In this document: piece after piece, positions 1 through 9,391 of the stretch
Layout: each line of letters opens with the position of its first letter
How positions within the stretch are numbered: the first letter of the stretch is position 1
NCBI GenBank assembly: GCA_040754655.1
Contig: JBFMCE010000002.1
Coordinates: 1 to 64,000, forward strand
Direction of reading: 5' to 3'
Length of the DNA: 64,000 nt
From: Bdellovibrionota bacterium
Lineage (GTDB): Bacteria > Bdellovibrionota > UBA1018 > UBA923
The notes under the pieces: model-generated
The model's input: only the letters and a program-made list of their open reading frames with translations
Database searches by the model: none
What the model was told of the DNA's origin: nothing
Translations under genes and position numbers: made by a program

Positions 1-353
1 AACCACTTTTCTGGCGGATTTCGCAATATACTCTCGATCTGAACGGGAGTTATTGGTTTACGATGAAATATTTTTGCGTCCGCACTCTCACGCGTGTAGT
101 GGAGGACATTTAAGCTTCGTAAAACCGTTCTTAATTCCTTGAGATCCTGAGGAACTGGTTTTGAAACATTGGCTTCGCTCGTGTTACCTACAAGATCCCT
201 TGCACACGCGGCCGAGGCAGATTTAGAGGTAGGAATTTGAATTTGGACTTGGTGAATCTTTAGATCTGATGCGTTTGACACTACGGGCATCCAAGGCAAA
301 AGAAGTGCGACGATCTGGAAAAAAATTAATAATATACATGCCATAGAGTTCAT
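1..353 (-). CDS. Secreted hypothetical protein, partial (runs off window start)
   Basis: Translated by hand from ATG at 353: MNSMACILLIFFQIVALLLPWMPVVSNASDLKIHQ..., open to base 1; hydrophobic signal-peptide-like N-terminus. Confidence 0.7.
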   Translation of the reverse strand, partial: MNSMACILLIFFQIVALLLPWMPVVSNASDLKIHQVQIQIPTSKSASAACARDLVGNTSEANVSKPVPQDLKELRTVLRSLNVLHYTRESADAKIFHRKPITPVQIESILRNPPEKW

Positions 354-866
354 TGATTACTTAACAAAAATAGTCAACATAGTCAATCACTCACTCTTCG
401 CCATAAGATCTAACTATTTGTAGTTTATAAATTTTTAACCGATTGGCCGAAGTTAATCCTCTGGAATTTGGGTTTGATAATTCTCGCAATCTCGCCCCAC
501 CTGTAACGCTACTCACAATCGACACAAGCCAACGAAGTTAGCGAGGAAGGAGAGATCGATTCGAGCTCAGGCTCTAGAATCTATCCCCACGTGAGGGTTG
601 AAGTGTCTTAATTTAATGTTGCAAGGTCACGAACAGAGCGTTCTTACTAAACAGTGTAGAGAGCTTTATGCCAAGCCTCCAAACTCTAAAAGGTGAGCAC
701 ACAGGTTCTCGACCTTTATAACTAGATCAAAACAATAGCGGCGCCCCTTTATCAGTATCCTGTGCTTCTTTATAGCAGCAGCGGCCATATTTTTTTGTGG
801 AGTTGCAAAGTTCATAGCAGTAGCGGCACTGACTATATGCCGGAGCACCTCAAGTATAGTGTGCGT

Positions 867-1496
867 TCATAGCAACAGTGGCACCTCTTTTAGCACTCCC
901 CTTTCATCAAACAGAATGCGATCTGTTTGTAGAAGATCGAGCACTCCTGATTTCACTGGGTTCTGAAAAATATAGCGGACGGTGTTTGTAAGGTCTCTTC
1001 CGTATTTCACTGCGCGCGACCAGAGGCGCTGCTTCCAGAGTGAGGTAAGAGGGAGGCCATTGAGGGAAACTCCGACTCCGACTCCGACTCCGACTCCGAC
1101 TCCGACTCCGATACCAATACAACCACTACCACTGCCGATACCCGTGTCGACCTTAAGTTTTCGCAAGCTCAAAGATTGTTTTTCTCTCAGTCTCTTTAGT
1201 ATCGACTTCGCTATTCTTCCCGCAACACATCTATGAAAGTTCGCAAAACCCTCGCGAGAAGGCGTCTTTAGTGCAAGATGAATGTGATTGCACTCAATCG
1301 CAAGCGCCTTAAGCTCGATCTTCCACTTGATCTGCTCTTCTCTAATGATCTGCTTAATCTGCTCTGCATGCCTTCTTAATACTGGAAAATGTGCTTTGAA
1401 CACACAGTGGTTGTACTGCCTGATCGAGATCTCTCTTCTCATTTTTCTTTTTGTGTATTTTTTCTCTTTGAGAAGAGTCAGTTGTTGTTGTCGCAT
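867..1496 (-). CDS. Y1 HUH transposase, REP-associated tyrosine transposase (RAYT)-like
   Basis: NHIHL (HUH motif), LWKQR, RYIFQNPVKSG (catalytic Tyr plus NPV motif typical of RAYT/IS200 Y1 enzymes); start taken at ATG 1496 (MRQQQL), GTG 1514 possible. Confidence 0.8.
   Translation of the reverse strand: MRQQQLTLLKEKKYTKRKMRREISIRQYNHCVFKAHFPVLRRHAEQIKQIIREEQIKWKIELKALAIECNHIHLALKTPSREGFANFHRCVAGRIAKSILKRLREKQSLSLRKLKVDTGIGSGSGCIGIGVGVGVGVGVGVGVSLNGLPLTSLWKQRLWSRAVKYGRDLTNTVRYIFQNPVKSGVLDLLQTDRILFDERGVLKEVPLLL
1069..1110 (+). repeat. Hexamer microsatellite (ACTCCG)x7 inside the transposase ORF, encodes (GV)7
   Basis: Seven perfect tandem copies counted directly. Confidence 0.97.
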
Positions 1497-1591
1497 TTTT
1501 TTCGCTATCCTCACTGGAAGAAAGACCTAGTAGTCCCTGACTGCTCGTAAAAAAAACCCGACAAAGACTTCTTCTTTTCAAGAAAAGATAG

Positions 1592-1607
1592 AGCAACACT
1601 CATGCCA
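1592..1607 (-). promoter_or_regulatory. Sigma54-type -24/-12 promoter upstream of the transposase
   Basis: Minus strand TGGCAT-GAGTG-TTGCT matches TGGCAC-N5-TTGCW. Confidence 0.65.
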
Positions 1608-2265
1608 GATGTCAGTTCATAATTTTTCGATTAAACGCACGCAAACTGAAATCGAGAGAAAAATTTCATCTCGATCGAGATGCGCCTCGGGGCGATGGTA
1701 AAGCAAAAGAATTTGAGGTGATTTAAAGTGCGACGGCAAAATCACGTCAGCAATTTGTCCGCTCATACGGACAGTAATTTTTGCAAAACCCTAGTGGAAA
1801 TTTTTCAAAGGTTTTAAGGTTTTTCCAGGATTCTGACTGTGCAACAAAAAAAGTCTTTCTGGAATTCCGACGGTTCAACCACCAAAAGTTTTCTTCAAAA
1901 TTTTTCCCTAGATCCGTAGCCGCGCAAAACCTCGGTTTTCTTCAAAACACTTCCCCAGAGTTTAAACCTAGGCCATACCGAATCAAGTTTTCGGAAAATT
2001 TCAAAACGATTGCAGAAACTATAACCGAGCCAAATTTTCGGGAAATTTTTCAAAGACTCCAGTCACCATCATTGTCGCAGCCACAGTCACGTCACCGTCA
2101 TTAACCCCGGCTGCCACTACTACCCCACTGCTACAGCCCCCCACTGCCGCCACCACTGCTATCGCCACTGCTACACTATCCCCAGACCACCGCCCCACGA
2201 CACCAGAGTAAAAAACACCCCACTCTTTTCCTGCGACCCTCTCTCTACTAGGGGAAGGGATTGTT

Positions 2266-2300
2266 GGAGTTCGGAGTTCGGAGTTCGGAGTTCGGAGTTC
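2266..2300 (+). repeat. Heptamer tandem repeat (GGAGTTC)x5, intergenic
   Basis: Five perfect copies followed by degenerate GGACTC. Confidence 0.97.
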
Positions 2301-2385
2301 GGACTCAATTGACATCTCGATGCTCGCTTTCTAGGGTGCCTTTGTGACCGGCGACCAACACGCGGATTTAGAAAAAGGGGTAAAA

Positions 2386-4023
2386 ATGCGTTCCTTTATC
2401 GCATTATTCATTTTCACACTGACGGTGCTTGAGTGGACGCAATCGTTCTTCAACATCACAACTGCAAATGCCCAGGGCAGCGGCACAACCAAGACCATCC
2501 CGGTCAACGCCAAAACCGCAGACGCTCAGGCAAATTCCGCCGCCGATCCAGCAAATGCACCTAGCAGCGCCGCGACTGAAAGTGCCGCTCCTCCAGCGGC
2601 GCTCCACTACACGATCCGCTATCCTCGTGATGGCAGTCGAACCCTTGAAATCGTGCTTTCTTTCACGGGCAATCCCGATGGCCAAACCATCCTCATTTTA
2701 CCTGACGAATGGGCTGGCTACGTGAAGCTCCATGAAGCAATCACACAGCTGCGCGTGCTCACGAACGGAGTGGAACTAAAAACCCATATCCCAACCAAAC
2801 ATCAAATAACCGACACTGCACAGGCCACAACCCGGCCTCACCTCTCTCTTGTTCACGAGCCCAATGAAAAAATAGAACTCTCTTACCGTGTGCAACGACA
2901 AGAGCCTGCCGATCTCGATGTTAAAGGCTTTTACCTGCCCTTCATTGAATCGAACTATATTCACTTTTTTGGACACATGGTCTTTCTTTATCCTGCTTGG
3001 AAAACAGGCGAGTCCCGCTCTGTAGTCTTGAACTGGGAAAATCTACCCCGCTCCTGGAGCATTGCAAACAGTCACGGAGTGCGTCTCACCGAACAACGCA
3101 TTCACCTTTCGATTGATCATCTCTTGCATGCGGTCTACACCGCCGGCGATTTTAGATTGCACCGTTTCGAGGTAAAAGGTCGGCCGGTTTATCTTGCCAT
3201 TCGCGGGCGCTGGCAGTTTGAAGACCAAGAGTTCGTCGAACTCAATCGGCGCATCTTTGCGGCCCAGCGCGACTTCTTTCAGGACCATGACTATCCCTTT
3301 TATTTACTCACCCTTCTTCCCACTTGGGGGCCGTGCTGCGGAAAAGGAGGAACTGGTCTTACGAATTCTTTTGCGGTCAACGCTACGTCACCTGACCTTG
3401 CGAAGCTCGACCAATTCAAGCACTTGCTTTCGCATGAGCTTTTTCACAATTGGAACGGAAGAAAAATCAAACGCCTCCAGCCTGAACGCCTTGTCTACTG
3501 GTTCAGTGAAGGTTTTACCGACTATTACGCAGCCATCTTGAACTTAAGAGCAGGCATCATTACCCTGCCTGAGCTCGTGACCATGGTGAACCACAATTAT
3601 GGCGTGTACAAAAAACTCTCGGTGCGTAATGCACCCAATGAAAAAATCTTGAAAGACTTTTGGAACAACCCAGAGATCCAAAAACTCCCTTACTACAGAG
3701 GGGCCCTGATCGCCTTTCGTTGGAACCAGGAAATCAAAAAACAGTCTCGCGGAAGGCACAGCCTTGATGATTTGATGCGTGATCTTTTGCGTGCCTCTCA
3801 AAAAGAAAATGCAGTGGTCAGCGCAGACACGCTTGACCGCCTGTCGCGGCGATACCTTTCTTATGGCCTCAAGGAAGATCTTGAGCGGTTCGTTGAAAAA
3901 GGAGAGTCGTTGGACTTGACTGACCAAGCACTAGGCCCTTGCGTAAAAATCGTCTCTGACTTCTATGAACTTGATCAAGAACGGTATGACGACGATCCTG
4001 AAACCTGTATCAAGGGCATCTGA
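2386..4023 (+). CDS. Secreted M61-family (glycyl aminopeptidase-like) zinc metallopeptidase
   Basis: Signal peptide, HELFHNWN (HExxH), WFSEGFTDYY, YYRGAL; ATG 2386 after AAGGGG. Confidence 0.85.
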   Translation: MRSFIALFIFTLTVLEWTQSFFNITTANAQGSGTTKTIPVNAKTADAQANSAADPANAPSSAATESAAPPAALHYTIRYPRDGSRTLEIVLSFTGNPDGQTILILPDEWAGYVKLHEAITQLRVLTNGVELKTHIPTKHQITDTAQATTRPHLSLVHEPNEKIELSYRVQRQEPADLDVKGFYLPFIESNYIHFFGHMVFLYPAWKTGESRSVVLNWENLPRSWSIANSHGVRLTEQRIHLSIDHLLHAVYTAGDFRLHRFEVKGRPVYLAIRGRWQFEDQEFVELNRRIFAAQRDFFQDHDYPFYLLTLLPTWGPCCGKGGTGLTNSFAVNATSPDLAKLDQFKHLLSHELFHNWNGRKIKRLQPERLVYWFSEGFTDYYAAILNLRAGIITLPELVTMVNHNYGVYKKLSVRNAPNEKILKDFWNNPEIQKLPYYRGALIAFRWNQEIKKQSRGRHSLDDLMRDLLRASQKENAVVSADTLDRLSRRYLSYGLKEDLERFVEKGESLDLTDQALGPCVKIVSDFYELDQERYDDDPETCIKGI

Positions 4024-4122
4024 GAAGAGAACAGCTCATACGTTAAAGCGACTTGACAGGACAAGACCATGTCTCTCTAACAGCGCGTCGCAAGTAAATG
4101 AACCTTCGTAAACTAGGCCACC

Positions 4123-5025
4123 TCATTTAGGAGCAGCCGTGGCCGTGGCTGTAGCTGTAATTGGCGCTGGTTCTTTCTTCTCGAATTGCGACTTGAGTTC
4201 TGCGATCAGCGCCTTGTTTTCTCCCACGGTATCTGTGGGGTAAACACCGCTCTCCTGGATCTTCTGAATTTGAGTCGCCATCGCGTCAAAGCAACGCTTC
4301 AAAAACTCAGATTTTGGCATTCTTGATTGCCTTGCTTCCAGATAAAGTTGCCAGATCACGGTACCGGCCGGAAAAAGCATCTCGTGACTGTAATAAATGC
4401 GATCAACCATAGAAGCTACAGACTTTGGATCAACAATCCCGCCGTAACCCCGCTCTAACCCAAGTACGCTCGCCATCGCATCCGCCTTGTCAAAATAGAC
4501 AAGTGCAAACACATCCGCAAAAAGCTCGGAATAAGGTCTCGTAATGTGTTTTAGTATTTTTACCTGAACAGAATCGACAAGATCGCGGTATTTGTCTCTC
4601 CAACCGCCCTTTAAGTATCCATAAGCTTCGGTATAAAAATCTCCCCAGGGCCTGTTCACAGCGGCAAGTTCAAAGTCGAAGATCTGGTGCCCAAACTCAT
4701 GCATCCACACAGGTGCGCACTTGGCACAGACCTCAGAAGAACCTGCTTCACCTACACCCTCAAAATCATACCCCAAAATCATGTGATCAACTGTGTTCAC
4801 GGCAACTCGAGAACTTGCTCGAAGGTAGATCTGAACACGGATATCAATGCTTCCCTTAAAGTCTGGTTTCGACATGGCATAAGCTTCAGTGAGGGTTTTT
4901 AAAACCTCAGCTTGTTTTTCATCGGAAACCTCGCCCTGAGGGCGAATCTCAAGTGTAATTTCGCCCGCTGAAGTCAAACACGGAAAAATGAGATAGGCCG
5001 ATAAAAGAAAAATGACGGTTCTCAT
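4123..5025 (-). CDS. Secreted hypothetical protein with gluzincin-like motif
   Basis: Signal peptide; HEFGH plus downstream ELFAD. Confidence 0.6.
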   Translation of the reverse strand: MRTVIFLLSAYLIFPCLTSAGEITLEIRPQGEVSDEKQAEVLKTLTEAYAMSKPDFKGSIDIRVQIYLRASSRVAVNTVDHMILGYDFEGVGEAGSSEVCAKCAPVWMHEFGHQIFDFELAAVNRPWGDFYTEAYGYLKGGWRDKYRDLVDSVQVKILKHITRPYSELFADVFALVYFDKADAMASVLGLERGYGGIVDPKSVASMVDRIYYSHEMLFPAGTVIWQLYLEARQSRMPKSEFLKRCFDAMATQIQKIQESGVYPTDTVGENKALIAELKSQFEKKEPAPITATATATAAPK

Positions 5026-5184
5026 TCGATTCGCAACCTCAAAACCGATATTCGTACCAAAACGCTCAACAATTGTACAGAAAAATTCAATCCCTCGCTG
5101 GCTATATAAACTTAAAAAATTTAGTATTATCGAGCGACTCTGTGGAGGTATTCGGAAAAGACACTCTCAGCACGTGCGTGTGAG

Positions 5185-7242
5185 CTACTCCACCCAAAAC
5201 TGGCGCGTCTTGCCTAAATAACCGCGGCTCTTTCCGTCGCCTCCCGACTTCCAGTCACCCTGATGCACGATGCGATACCAGCCCGAGGCGGCAGACTGAG
5301 GGATTCTCCATTCAACATGGGCAAATGAACACGCCAGGCAGTCGATCGCCTTGTCGCGCTGCCAGCGGTAAAAAACATCGAACTCGCCATCACGCGCGAT
5401 CGTGACCCAGCGCTCGCCCTGCCAGCGTTGCACGTAAACAAAGTTTGGGCGATTCAAGCTATTCTTAGGATGGCCAGAGCGAAACTTCACATGAACTCTC
5501 TGGCCTCGATGGTAACGTTCCGAGGCGTCGTCAAAGACCTCGCCAAACTTCTCCCAAAGGCGTTTGTCATCATAAACAACTCCGGTTTGAAAGGTGACAA
5601 GCCGATCGGTTTGAACAGGGCCCGGACGGCGTCCATACGCATACTGTCCTGCCCCTCGAGCAATCTCTTGGCTCAAACGAGCGAAAATCTGCTGATATGC
5701 CGCTAGCGTATTGGGCCCGAACTGTGTTGAGGCTCCTTCGTACTGTTGCAGTTGATACTCTTCAAGAGTCGTGACGTACCCGCTGTAAGTGTTCGCAAGA
5801 CCACCGATAACGACGTGATCCACTCCCGCGCCTCGCAGAGCATCGGCGACAGTCTTACGAAGCCTGCGTCCTGCCATCGTGGTCACTTCACCAGGTACGC
5901 CAATCAAGGCCAGGCGCCCGATGCGAAAAACCTGAAAAGGCAAAACCTCAGCCGACCATGCGGGATTTTGATCACCCGGCGCAACCAGAATAGGCTTAGG
6001 AAAGTGGCAACGTTCATCTTGCTCATCTCCTCCCACGAACAAACGCAGAAACTCGACTCCTAGGTTTAGGAATATTGGTAGCGGAAGCTTTTGGCCTTGC
6101 AGCATGCCCTCGTGAAAACCAGGCAGTTCGCTCGGACCGTCTTCCGCTCCGGCCGCAAACGAATACCCCATCGCGGCACGGCACAAGCGTGCAGGTCCCG
6201 CAGCGGAAAAGCGCCGTTCGACCAGAAAACCCGGCATCCTCACCCATGCATGCGCGTATTGCAGCGGTCCCTGCAATGGCTCTAAATCGCTAGAAGAAAG
6301 CGCCCTTGCCTTCGCGTACTGCAACTCGCCGATATACGAAGCGCGAAAAAGCTCTTCTTCAAAACCTTGGGCATTTTGCCCAAAAACATTCGGAGAGACA
6401 TCTCCTTCGTCGCTATTGGCAAAAGCAGCGACAACGCCCGGAGTTTCTTTCTCGAACCTTTGGGCCGCAAAACCTTTGTGGTCTGAGCTGATCAATTTAT
6501 TTTCTTTACCCATCGAAGTATTGTGCACTGCGAACCAGTTCACCACTCCAACCAAGCTTCCATCAAGTTTCTCAAACTTTAAAAGCGTCATGAGTTTGTT
6601 GGTGGAGCCCTCTGAAAAACCACTTTCAGGATTGGCACGGTAAGCCGAAAGAGAGCGATTGACGCTTGCACCTTCCAACTCGCCTTGAGTCAGACCGAGA
6701 CGCACAGGCTGCAGGCGATGATGGGCGCTTTCAATCGAATGAGAGATTCCGGAGACGATCTTTTCAAAGTTCGCACGGTCAAACCCAAGCGTGGTGATGT
6801 TGTAAAGAGTGAAGTGCGAATACCCGCCAGGGCCTGAGTGCGTGTGGGTTGCCGTCAGCATGACATTTGAGTCGGTGTACATCGAACCAAAGCGGGATTT
6901 TAGTCGATCAATGACGGCAAGCTTTACGGCCTGAGTGATCATGCCAAGATCGGCGCTTACGAAAACCACGCGCCTTGAGGAACAAGAGTCTTCAATGACA
7001 AAGGCTCTTGAACTCAGTCGCAAGTGGATGCCCGTAGTTTTTTGTGCTGGGTTCGCGTACCCCATCATGCCGAGCTCGGCTGCCGGACCCGTCAAGTCTG
7101 AGCGCCCAGCACCGGCGTTGAAGCCGCATGGGTTTTGGGCGAAAGCATGCTGTGCGACGAAAACCAAAGGTGAGCCCACGACCAGGAAAAAAATAACCCG
7201 CACCATGGCCAAAGACGCGGGGATTGAAAAAACCAAGTGCAT
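5185..7242 (-). CDS. Neutral/alkaline ceramidase
   Basis: GMMGYA, ATHTHSGPGG, NWFAVHNTSM, EGDVSPN, PGEVTTMAGRR, YEGAST motifs. Confidence 0.93.
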   Translation of the reverse strand: MHLVFSIPASLAMVRVIFFLVVGSPLVFVAQHAFAQNPCGFNAGAGRSDLTGPAAELGMMGYANPAQKTTGIHLRLSSRAFVIEDSCSSRRVVFVSADLGMITQAVKLAVIDRLKSRFGSMYTDSNVMLTATHTHSGPGGYSHFTLYNITTLGFDRANFEKIVSGISHSIESAHHRLQPVRLGLTQGELEGASVNRSLSAYRANPESGFSEGSTNKLMTLLKFEKLDGSLVGVVNWFAVHNTSMGKENKLISSDHKGFAAQRFEKETPGVVAAFANSDEGDVSPNVFGQNAQGFEEELFRASYIGELQYAKARALSSSDLEPLQGPLQYAHAWVRMPGFLVERRFSAAGPARLCRAAMGYSFAAGAEDGPSELPGFHEGMLQGQKLPLPIFLNLGVEFLRLFVGGDEQDERCHFPKPILVAPGDQNPAWSAEVLPFQVFRIGRLALIGVPGEVTTMAGRRLRKTVADALRGAGVDHVVIGGLANTYSGYVTTLEEYQLQQYEGASTQFGPNTLAAYQQIFARLSQEIARGAGQYAYGRRPGPVQTDRLVTFQTGVVYDDKRLWEKFGEVFDDASERYHRGQRVHVKFRSGHPKNSLNRPNFVYVQRWQGERWVTIARDGEFDVFYRWQRDKAIDCLACSFAHVEWRIPQSAASGWYRIVHQGDWKSGGDGKSRGYLGKTRQFWVE

Positions 7243-7401
7243 CTTAAGTAACGTTTCGGCATAAACCCGACGAAGCTTTACCGTTTCAAAACGGCTCTAG
7301 AGGCCGATTTACAGGCGAAAATCACCTCTCGCCAAAGATGCGAGTCCACCCGTGATTTGGCTTCCGAAACCACGCCACAGGGTGTTATAGCTTGGGCCAT
7401 C

Positions 7402-8670
7402 ATGCCAAAGGTTCAACGCACCAACGCACAAGAGCTGCTCTCATTCATGTCAGAATATGGCAGGGCTTATTTGCAAAGCGGTGGCCCGACCTCGCGCCTC
7501 GAAGAAGCGCTCTCATCACTGGGACGCAAGTTTGACCATCCGTCTGAGGTCTTCGCGACGCCGACCGGAATCTTCACAAGTTGCATCGACGAAACGGGGC
7601 ACACCCACACAAGCCTTTCGCGAATCAAGGAGACTGGCATGAACCTTGGCAGGTTATGCTGGCTTGAGAATATTTTTGAAGATGTCTATTCGCGAAAAAT
7701 CACCATCGCTCAGGCAAACAAGATCTTGAACAGCAAGGTCGTGCAGAAGTCGCCCTACCCCTTCTGGCAAAATGTTCTCGCAGCTTTGGTGCTTGGTTTC
7801 TCATTGAGCTTTTCGGCCTTTCAAAGCTTTACTGCCGCGGTAGCAAGCGGTCTGATTTCAATGGCGACGTGGTGGATCAGTGGCCCTGGCCTGAAGTCTC
7901 AGATCTCAAGTTCAATCTTTCGAGACTTCGTCGGGTGCACCGTGACGCTGGGCCTTGCGGCTCTCTTTCAAATGCTGAGACCAGCCCCCTTTGAAGCGTA
8001 TACGATCGGCGGCATCATCGTTCTAGTGCCAGGGCTTGCACTCACGACAGCGATCGCAGAGCTTGCCGATCAAAACCTGGTCTCAGGCACGGCGAAACTC
8101 ATGCAAGCAATCCTCACGCTTCTTGCCCTAGGGCTTGCCTACATGCTCTTTCAAGAACTCTCGGCTTCGATGGGTCTAATGCCAGCCCCTTCTTCTGGTC
8201 CAAGACCCGTCTCAATTTTGGCAGGCATGGCAGGCGTGCTGGTCGCGGTGACGTGTTTTGGGGTTCTTTTCAAGGTTCCGATGAAATCGTTGCCTTGGGC
8301 AGCGCTCACCGGAGTGCTGGGATGGCTTGTCTTGCGCTCGTTTTCGGCCACGCCTTATTACGTATCGGCTTCCTACCTCGCATCTTTCACCGTTGGCACG
8401 GTCAGCCTGTGGATCGCGAACCGTTATAAAGTTCCCAGCCAATTGTTCTCGGTTCCCGGCATCTTGGCGATGCTTCCCGGAATGCTTGCTCTGAACTCGA
8501 TGCGATCCTTCGCCTTAGGCCATGACGCCAGTGGATTAGACCTTGGCGTTCGCGTCATTCTCACCGCAGGAAGCATCGTGTTTGGACTCTTCACGGCACG
8601 CATCCCGTTTGCGCTGCAATTCAATCCGTTCAAGCGGATGTTCCGTGCGGCGCAAGGCTCGAATGAGTGA
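7402..8670 (+). CDS. Threonine/serine exporter, fused ThrE/ThrE_2 type
   Basis: SGGPTSRLE, LVPGLALTTAIAEL..NLVSG, second half with MLPG; about 10 TM segments. Confidence 0.85.
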   Translation: MPKVQRTNAQELLSFMSEYGRAYLQSGGPTSRLEEALSSLGRKFDHPSEVFATPTGIFTSCIDETGHTHTSLSRIKETGMNLGRLCWLENIFEDVYSRKITIAQANKILNSKVVQKSPYPFWQNVLAALVLGFSLSFSAFQSFTAAVASGLISMATWWISGPGLKSQISSSIFRDFVGCTVTLGLAALFQMLRPAPFEAYTIGGIIVLVPGLALTTAIAELADQNLVSGTAKLMQAILTLLALGLAYMLFQELSASMGLMPAPSSGPRPVSILAGMAGVLVAVTCFGVLFKVPMKSLPWAALTGVLGWLVLRSFSATPYYVSASYLASFTVGTVSLWIANRYKVPSQLFSVPGILAMLPGMLALNSMRSFALGHDASGLDLGVRVILTAGSIVFGLFTARIPFALQFNPFKRMFRAAQGSNE

Positions 8671-9391
8671 CGATGCCCTCTTTATTCAAAGTGTAGATAT
8701 TAAAGACGTGACGGATCACGTGTTGCGCGACGTTTCGAACTGGCACGCCCCCAGGCGTTTCACCTCGTTCAACCCCGCGATGGGCATGGCCGTGAAAGAC
8801 GATGTCGGCTCCGACCGCATCGATCGCTTCCCCGAGCAGGTAACTTCCTAGAAACGGATAGATCTCTCGTTTCTCGCCGTGAAGGGTGTCTTCAATGGGC
8901 GAATAGTGCATCAACACGATTTTATAGTCGGTATTCAACGCCTCGAGATGCTCACGCAAAACTTTGGCGTGCCCTTTGGTGTGCCGAATGAATGCCTTCA
9001 TTTCAGGCTCGCCAAAATCGCTGCCAGACGCGCCTACAAATCCACCGCCAAACCCTTTTAAGCCCACGATCCCGACAGTGCAGCCCTGCAGCGAGAGTTG
9101 AAGATTCTCTTTCTCAAGCACATGCACTCCGGCGTTTTTAAGCGACTCGCAAATATAGCTTTCGTGATCAAGATGATAATCATGATTGCCCAACACGGCA
9201 ACGACTGGAATCGGGCAGTCATAGAGGTCTGAGGCGAGAACCTCGCCTTCGGCGGAGTGGCCTGTTTGAGTAAGATCACCTGCAAGCAACAGCACATCCG
9301 CTCGGCCTTCGAGCAACTTTAGATACTTGCGAAGCCTGCCGGCAGAGTTCCGGTCAAAGTGAACATCTCCTGCGGCAGCGATTCGTATCAC
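8630..9391 (-). CDS. Calcineurin-like metallophosphoesterase
   Basis: GDVH, AGDLT, GNHD, MHY, HGHAH motifs; GTGA overlap with upstream gene. Confidence 0.9.
   Translation of the reverse strand: MIRIAAAGDVHFDRNSAGRLRKYLKLLEGRADVLLLAGDLTQTGHSAEGEVLASDLYDCPIPVVAVLGNHDYHLDHESYICESLKNAGVHVLEKENLQLSLQGCTVGIVGLKGFGGGFVGASGSDFGEPEMKAFIRHTKGHAKVLREHLEALNTDYKIVLMHYSPIEDTLHGEKREIYPFLGSYLLGEAIDAVGADIVFHGHAHRGVERGETPGGVPVRNVAQHVIRHVFNIYTLNKEGIVTHSSLAPHGTSA

Noticed and set aside
907..1236. RS- and TP-repeat ORFs
   Set aside because: Alternate frames of the hexamer microsatellite within the transposase
1781..2315. ORFs 1781-2104 (+) and 2019-2315 (-)
   Set aside because: Low-complexity translations of repeat tracts, no SD or motifs
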